Shown: in pieces, positions 58,266 through 64,000 of the stretch | Position numbering within the stretch: the stretch's first letter is position 1 | How the letters are laid out: every line of letters starts with the position of its first letter | DNA from: an uncultured virus (IMG/VR IMGVR_UViG_3300031813_000007) | Taxonomy: Duplodnaviria; Heunggongvirae; Uroviricota; Caudoviricetes | Reading direction: 5' to 3' (one strand) | Virus record (IMG/VR): IMGVR_UViG_3300031813_000007 | Location: 1 to 64,000 of that record | Length of the DNA stretch: 64,000 nucleotides | Program-made: the position numbers and the translations under genes | The notes under the pieces: model-generated | What the model saw: only the letters and a program-made list of their open reading frames with translations | The model's database searches: none | What the model was told of the DNA's origin: nothing

Positions 58266-59493
58266 CATTAAACTTTACGTTGTGGAACCATTTGTCTCGC
58301 AGTGCTTCATACTTAGTATTGCGAGACAAATTGTTAATAATAACACTATATATTGCATCTTTAACTTGCTCTTTAGTGCCTTCTTTATCCCACAAAGAGA
58401 ACATAATAGGGCGCGTGAAGCTATCAAAGTTGGTTGCGTGATTAATTGCAAATTCTTTACGATCACCGATATACTTATCAGATTTATAAAATTGAACATC
58501 AGACCAAATTTTATTAACCCTCTGATTGATTGCTTTGTTAAAGTCATTTTCAAACACAGTAATTGCATCGCGATCCTCTACGGGTAGATGTGCCTTAACA
58601 TCATCGATGGTGTTTTCCAATATCATTTGCACTACATTGCGATCTTGCAGGATTGCTTCCTTCGCCTTATGAATCTGGAGATACCAATGGCACTTCAACT
58701 TCAACATATGCCCATCATCAAAACGAACCACGAATCCTTCAAGGTCTTCCAGATCACGAACGTATTCAAGGAAAGCCTTCATATCAGTCTGCGGCTCGAA
58801 TGCACGAACTACAGGAAGATATCCGCCCTTAAATGTAAATGCATTAACATTACCGACCATAGCATCATGTGTAAGATATCGGCCCGTGTCCATCTGGCGA
58901 ATAGCAGTCAGAACAAGCTGATCTTCTTTATAATCAAGAACGATACGTTGCTTACGCGAACACCATTCAAAGATAGGCGTTAGGCCAGCCAGAAGCATTT
59001 CAACTGCAAACTCTTCATAAAGAGGATTGTTCTTGACGAACTCCTCAACAGGCTTTGCCACATCGGTAGCACCCATCTTCGTGCCCCAGATCATCTGACC
59101 ATCCACAATGAACGGTGCAATCATGGAACCATCCAGCTTCTCAAGGATCACATGAGGACGCGACAGATCAATGACATGATCCTGAGTCTCTTCACGCTCG
59201 TTCACGTTGAAGAACTTATGGAACGGACGACGAATGATGTCACCAGTCTTCGAGTCGAAGATGATACCACGACATTCACGGCGAATACGAGCATGAAGAT
59301 TTTCTATTTCATAATGATCATGATTACCACGCAAATCATTAGAAGCAATCACATCAGGAAACGTATCAGCCATCATCACATTGTAAGAAATACAAGTATA
59401 AGGACCTTTATCCGCAATAATGAACTCGTCCCTGCCTTCGATAGCAGGGAGCACATCAGAAATATTTTTAATAATCGGGAAGGTATAATTCAT
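58258..59493 (-). CDS. rnlA: RNA ligase 1 (T4 gp63-like)
   Basis: ECRGIIF, KFFN, EKLDGS, EGFVV and KLKC.WY motifs. Confidence 0.92.
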   Translation of the reverse strand: MNYTFPIIKNISDVLPAIEGRDEFIIADKGPYTCISYNVMMADTFPDVIASNDLRGNHDHYEIENLHARIRRECRGIIFDSKTGDIIRRPFHKFFNVNEREETQDHVIDLSRPHVILEKLDGSMIAPFIVDGQMIWGTKMGATDVAKPVEEFVKNNPLYEEFAVEMLLAGLTPIFEWCSRKQRIVLDYKEDQLVLTAIRQMDTGRYLTHDAMVGNVNAFTFKGGYLPVVRAFEPQTDMKAFLEYVRDLEDLEGFVVRFDDGHMLKLKCHWYLQIHKAKEAILQDRNVVQMILENTIDDVKAHLPVEDRDAITVFENDFNKAINQRVNKIWSDVQFYKSDKYIGDRKEFAINHATNFDSFTRPIMFSLWDKEGTKEQVKDAIYSVIINNLSRNTKYEALRDKWFHNVKFNAI

Positions 59494-59554
59494 GATGTAT
59501 CTCCCATTTCACTGTCACTGTTATAGCACATATAATGATGATGTCAAGCAGAAA

Positions 59555-59636
59555 GATAAATAAAGTTGTAGTTCGCGGAATGGGGATTCCCAACTACTCT
59601 AACGCTTAAGAGGAGCAATCAGCATGAATATTTATC
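59555..59636 (+). promoter_or_regulatory. conserved structured nuclease-gene leader, copy C
   Basis: GATAAATA..GTAGTT-CGC-GGAAT..ATTCC-C-AACTAC-TCTAA..AGGAGCAATCAGC-ATG. Confidence 0.85.
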
Positions 59637-60352
59637 ACGCGACAAATGACCGTTCACCTTACACATATTTGATCGGATGGACAAAACATAATATATGGTA
59701 TTATGGAGTAAGATATGCTAAAGGGTGTCACCCATCCGAATTCTGGATAAAATACAAAACTTCATCGAATTATGTAGCAGACTTCGTGGCGGTGCATGGT
59801 GATCCAGATATTATACAAATAAGAAAAACATTTACTAATGTTGAATCCGCCAGGCAGTGGGAAACCAAAGTACTCAAAAGATTAAAAGTAATCAAATTAG
59901 AGAAATGGCTGAATAAACATGATGGTAAGGCAGTAGACCCTGCAATCCTATCTATCACAACAGCCCGCATGAATGCGAACATGACTTCGGAAGAAAAAAC
60001 TCAACGCGGAAAGAAAGGTATGGATTCAAGATGGTCTACGGATTCTTCCCTTCGTCCAATAATAGAAATAGTTTGTCCTGTTTGCGGAACACGCATTATC
60101 ACAAGGGACCCGCATATATCCACGTGCAGTAAAAAATGTGGATATATTAATAGACCATCACAAAAAAACATACCAAAACTGAAAAACAGTAAAACATATA
60201 TCATTCAATATCCAGATAATACTGAACACATTATTACAGGACTTCGTAAATTCTGCATAGAACATTGTCTCACAGAAAGAATACTATCCAGTACTCTTTC
60301 CGGTAAAAGAAACAAACAACATAAGGGATACAAAATTGTAAAGGCATTATAA
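59624..60352 (+). CDS. free-standing GIY-YIG-like endonuclease
   Basis: PYTYLIGW..WYYGVRY..YKTSS..WE..WLN; CxxC finger; HTH-like tail. Confidence 0.8.
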   Translation: MNIYHATNDRSPYTYLIGWTKHNIWYYGVRYAKGCHPSEFWIKYKTSSNYVADFVAVHGDPDIIQIRKTFTNVESARQWETKVLKRLKVIKLEKWLNKHDGKAVDPAILSITTARMNANMTSEEKTQRGKKGMDSRWSTDSSLRPIIEIVCPVCGTRIITRDPHISTCSKKCGYINRPSQKNIPKLKNSKTYIIQYPDNTEHIITGLRKFCIEHCLTERILSSTLSGKRNKQHKGYKIVKAL

Positions 60353-60367
60353 TTCTATTTGATCGTC

Positions 60368-60778
60368 TTACCCCTTAATTGATCCAAAGAACCGAATGAT
60401 GTTTTCCATCACGGTGTCCGTGCGTTTACTGTTGCAGGAGCTACACACGAACTCACAGTTATGACAAAGAGTTGATCCATAACGATACGGAATAACGTGG
60501 TCTGCCGTTGCCTCAGGACAAAATCCATATTCGTTAATATGGAACTGAACGCCACAATCTTTACATTTGAAATCCTGCAAAGACAAAAGGTAAATTTTTC
60601 TTTGCCTATCTTTTTCGCTTTTGCTAAAAGACCTGCTACTTCTCCGAATCCTCTTAGGCGGCAGCCGACTATTGAGGAAGTTCTGCAAAGCAATATAGTT
60701 GCGGTGCATTCCTTGGGTTAGAACCAATTCGGATTTCACGGTAAACAATCTCTCTTTTGCTACATTCTCACCATACAC
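60368..60778 (-). CDS. HNH endonuclease (McrA-like, Zn-binding)
   Basis: CKDC..TADHVIP..CSSCN. Confidence 0.75.
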   Translation of the reverse strand: MYGENVAKERLFTVKSELVLTQGMHRNYIALQNFLNSRLPPKRIRRSSRSFSKSEKDRQRKIYLLSLQDFKCKDCGVQFHINEYGFCPEATADHVIPYRYGSTLCHNCEFVCSSCNSKRTDTVMENIIRFFGSIKG

Positions 60779-60793
60779 GATTCTGGAATAGTG

Positions 60794-60994
60794 TCAAGAG
60801 TGGATTTGGATATCTTTGAGATGCGGAGCGATCTGCTTGGCAGAATATTGCACCTCGTTGATTTCAAAGAACCAACGACCAGACTCTTCTCGTTTCAGTT
60901 TCAGTGCTTCACCTTCACGAAATGGCGAGATGCCCCAAGTCCAAGGCCGACCCGTTTGAAGCTCAAATACTCCACCTGAAATCTTCGTGATCAT
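60794..60994 (-). CDS. hypothetical protein
   Basis: GGGAGA SD. Confidence 0.65.
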   Translation of the reverse strand: MITKISGGVFELQTGRPWTWGISPFREGEALKLKREESGRWFFEINEVQYSAKQIAPHLKDIQIHS

Positions 60995-61006
60995 AGCAAA
61001 TCTCCC

Positions 61007-61291
61007 TCAACCAACCACGCTATCAATGATATGAACCAAATCTTCGGCATACACGCCTTCATACTGTTTGGTCATGTTGATATCATAGTTACGAATCTTG
61101 AAGAAGTCAAGATCATAAAGGTCAGCGCCTTCATTATACTTGACATACACATAGCCCTTCCACTTGACCATGCCAGAAGTCTTGAACTTGAGACCGTTGC
61201 CCATATTCACATATTCTTTTGCGCCCCAAGCCCAAGTGGCACGAGGGTCAATCGTCTTAATCTGCGAAAGAATGGTTTGTGCAATGCTCAT
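61007..61291 (-). CDS. hypothetical early protein
   Basis: GGAG SD; TTGACA-17-TATATC promoter. Confidence 0.75.
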   Translation of the reverse strand: MSIAQTILSQIKTIDPRATWAWGAKEYVNMGNGLKFKTSGMVKWKGYVYVKYNEGADLYDLDFFKIRNYDINMTKQYEGVYAEDLVHIIDSVVG

Positions 61292-61362
61292 GTCAATCTC
61301 CGTCTTCTCAGTGTGTGTTTGATATACACACCGGAAGAACGGATGTCAACATGTTTTTCATA

Positions 61363-62127
61363 TTATTTTATTTCCCATTTGTGCTGGGAAGAATAATACT
61401 GCAAATGGTCCTTGTAGGATTTGATGAACTTTGCTTCTACTGAGATTGGCGTAGATGCAATGTGGGTTTCCCATAACGGAATCAATGGGTTGGCCTTCTC
61501 AACTTCAAGAACAACCTTATTCTCATTTTCATCGCGGAACCAATATTCAAATCGTGGCTTACTCTTTTTGTTAGCATCAAGCTTCTTGATGTAAGTAAGA
61601 GTTTTCTTACCTTGTTCTTCTGTATTGCCACCAACAATTGAATACTCAGTTCCAAAAATGTCAATCAACCCAAGATCATACTCGTAGAAATATGGGAGTT
61701 TGTATGCAATCTTGCACTGAGTATCGGTATACTGATTAGTGGTGTTAGAAAACAATGCACAAAGGCGTTCTCTGAAATCTGATAGTTTTTCACCACGCAG
61801 TTTCAGAACAATAATCTTCTGTTCGTAGTGCTTCTTGATATCAGAGGCGAGAATACGATCTTCATCAGTAATGAATGGTGCGATGATTTTTTGATCTTCA
61901 CCAATGATGAGAACCTGAACCGGTTTACGTAAAGTATTCAGTTCATGATTATTTGGATCATCCTTGTACATCTGCTTGAGACGCTTGACAGTACAAGAAA
62001 GAACAATGGGGTCCTCAGTTATATCATATGTCGCTTCATATGTTTTGATAGAAGTGCCAAAACTGCCAAAAGCAGCATCAGCAGTTATTGAGGGTAGTTG
62101 TGCTATATTGAATACATTGTTTTTCAT
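61363..62127 (-). CDS. hypothetical protein
   Basis: 254-aa ORF. Confidence 0.75.
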   Translation of the reverse strand: MKNNVFNIAQLPSITADAAFGSFGTSIKTYEATYDITEDPIVLSCTVKRLKQMYKDDPNNHELNTLRKPVQVLIIGEDQKIIAPFITDEDRILASDIKKHYEQKIIVLKLRGEKLSDFRERLCALFSNTTNQYTDTQCKIAYKLPYFYEYDLGLIDIFGTEYSIVGGNTEEQGKKTLTYIKKLDANKKSKPRFEYWFRDENENKVVLEVEKANPLIPLWETHIASTPISVEAKFIKSYKDHLQYYSSQHKWEIK

Positions 62128-62170
62128 GTTTTCACTTTACATTAGTTTGAGTTAAAATACAAGGATAAAG

Positions 62171-62629
62171 TTATCCAATCGTGATATCTTCCATACCAGC
62201 AGTTCTGAGACGAACAATGTGTCCCAATTGCCACTGCTTAGTATCAATACCTTTCATTATGCCTAACCATTTGTTACGCAACAGAGCGACTTCGTTTATA
62301 AGAACTTCCATATCAATAACTTCATCTTCGCCATCCGCGTATTTTTCAGCATCTCTACTGGTCAATGCTCTAGCATATCCTTCAAGATATTTCTTGAAGT
62401 GTTTTTTATGTATCTTTTTTAGTTGAATGTTTAGAAAGTTGAGAACCGCTTCAATCTCTTGAAGTTGGTTGAAGCGGAACTCTGTTATACCTGGTAGTTT
62501 AGAAATGTTCTTTTCAACATTCCCATATACTTTTACGTCATTCTTGGCTGATAATAACTCATTTTCATAATGAGTAATAAAGTCGGGAAGGACGCTTAAA
62601 TCTTGTGTGATTTGGCTATACCAAGACAT
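62171..62629 (-). CDS. uvsY: recombination mediator UvsY-like
   Basis: Helical; KYLEGY.RALTSRDAEKY; near uvsX. Confidence 0.75.
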   Translation of the reverse strand: MSWYSQITQDLSVLPDFITHYENELLSAKNDVKVYGNVEKNISKLPGITEFRFNQLQEIEAVLNFLNIQLKKIHKKHFKKYLEGYARALTSRDAEKYADGEDEVIDMEVLINEVALLRNKWLGIMKGIDTKQWQLGHIVRLRTAGMEDITIG

Positions 62630-62898
62630 TACCAATCTTCATCTTCATCTTCGTGATAATCATCAAATAGATCATCAACTTGTTCATGATATAGTCCATC
62701 TTCCGGTGATTCCATGAAAAATTCAAGTGCATCCTTAATTTCTTTGTCACCACGGAAAGTATATTTGATTTCTGCAGGAGAATAGTCTTCTTCAATGAGA
62801 TAGTTGACTAGCGTTTCTGCTGCTTCATCGGCAACATTACCAGAATCAAGACTTGGCTTGAGTGTCTTCCAGATTTCATTGATAAGTGCTAAACTCAT
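62629..62898 (-). CDS. small acidic hypothetical protein
   Basis: Coupled on both sides. Confidence 0.7.
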   Translation of the reverse strand: MSLALINEIWKTLKPSLDSGNVADEAAETLVNYLIEEDYSPAEIKYTFRGDKEIKDALEFFMESPEDGLYHEQVDDLFDDYHEDEDEDW

Positions 62899-63956
62899 TC
62901 CATCACCTCATCTTCAATGTGTTTGATTGTCAATGGCTGCTTATTGAACTCTTCCATAATCGTATCCAAGCAACCGTCTGCATTTGCTTCCCATGCTTTG
63001 CGGAACTTTTTGATAAGGGTTCCATCAATCTTGGTATAGACAAGTGAGTTGCCTTCCTTTTTTAGGAGTTCCATACCCTCAAACATATCAGTAAGACCAG
63101 AATATGGATTCATGCCGGTATCATATGGAATTTTGACTTGAACGGATTCAAATGGCTTGGCATAACGGGTCTTCATGATCTTGCAGGCGGCGCGAATACC
63201 ATTAACCTGACTTGTTTTGTTGCCGTCTTCGTCTTCCTTGAGCTTAAGCTTACGCATAGCTACAACGATAGATGAGGCGTAAATAAAGCCCTGACCACCT
63301 GAAATCTTGTCATCTGGATCAAACATGTCCTGTGAAGCATAAGTATGATTTGTTGCAACAAGACCAACATTATGGCTACCGAACATGTTTACACAGTTGC
63401 GAACAAGTGCAGTTAATGCCTTTGGCTTACGACCCATATCACCCTTCAAATCACCACCTTCAAACTGATTAACATCAGTTGGAGTTAGCAACATGCCTAG
63501 TGAGTCAATGATGAATAAAACCTTAGGCTTGTCAGCATCTGATATTGCCTTGTATCCCTTCATGAACTCGCTGATAGTCTTAGCAACGTCATCAATCATT
63601 GCCATATTCAACTTGAGTAACTTATTTTCATCAGTGCTCACACCAAGAGCATGAAGCCATGCTTCATCAAGTGCGTTTTCACTATCAATCAGAACAACAA
63701 AGATGCCTTGTTCTTGTGCATGTTTAATCAGATTGCCCGAGCAAATGTAAGACTTTCCTGCACCCGATTCGCCCGCGAATACAGTAACTTTACCAAGAGG
63801 AACACCCTTATTGAAGTCGCTGCTGATGCGAAAATTTAATGCGTAGTTGCCTGTGCTAACCCAATCTGTTGGGTCATTAAACCCGATACTAAGACCGTCA
63901 ATAGCCTTAGTGATATCTTTACGGAACTTTGAAACGTCAAAGGGTTTCGTTGTCAA
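62895..63956 (-). CDS. uvsX: RecA-like recombinase UvsX
   Basis: GESGAGKS, DSENA, IIDSLG, DMGRK, TNH and SGG motifs. Confidence 0.93.
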   Translation of the reverse strand: MTTKPFDVSKFRKDITKAIDGLSIGFNDPTDWVSTGNYALNFRISSDFNKGVPLGKVTVFAGESGAGKSYICSGNLIKHAQEQGIFVVLIDSENALDEAWLHALGVSTDENKLLKLNMAMIDDVAKTISEFMKGYKAISDADKPKVLFIIDSLGMLLTPTDVNQFEGGDLKGDMGRKPKALTALVRNCVNMFGSHNVGLVATNHTYASQDMFDPDDKISGGQGFIYASSIVVAMRKLKLKEDEDGNKTSQVNGIRAACKIMKTRYAKPFESVQVKIPYDTGMNPYSGLTDMFEGMELLKKEGNSLVYTKIDGTLIKKFRKAWEANADGCLDTIMEEFNKQPLTIKHIEDEVME

Positions 63957-64000
63957 GTATAATCTCCTATTATCGTGCGATTTGTTTTAATTTATCATTA

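Noticed and set aside
1..64000. Stop-codon reassignment
   Set aside because: Core genes are full length in the standard code, and TAA, TAG and TGA all terminate coupled genes.

Overview
This 64 kb window is part of a large T4-related myovirus genome (standard genetic code, AT-rich, mostly minus-strand genes). About 1.5-41 kb is mainly a late/virion module: tail fibres, baseplate wedge, GH19 lysin, tail sheath and tube, neck, tail terminator and acidic head-internal proteins, with a dNMP kinase, MazG, a Nudix hydrolase and an exonuclease interspersed. About 41-64 kb is a replication/recombination/accessory module: gp41-type helicase, primase, peptide deformylase, a miniature DnaE-like protein, UvsW, an AAA ATPase, Pnk plus RNA ligase, UvsY and UvsX. 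Highlights: (1) a fractured uvsW gene whose halves carry a naturally split intein at the DE|CH motif, with a free-standing nuclease between them; (2) four nuclease genes of two unrelated folds (HNH and GIY-YIG-like) sharing one covarying structured leader bounded by TAAATA/TATTTA inverted repeats, with ghost host-gene ends and rescue promoters at the insertion sites; (3) fixed promoter-to-ATG spacings that imply systematic leaderless transcripts. No CRISPR array, tRNA, rRNA or reverse transcriptase was seen. All calls come from motif reading; no database search was run.
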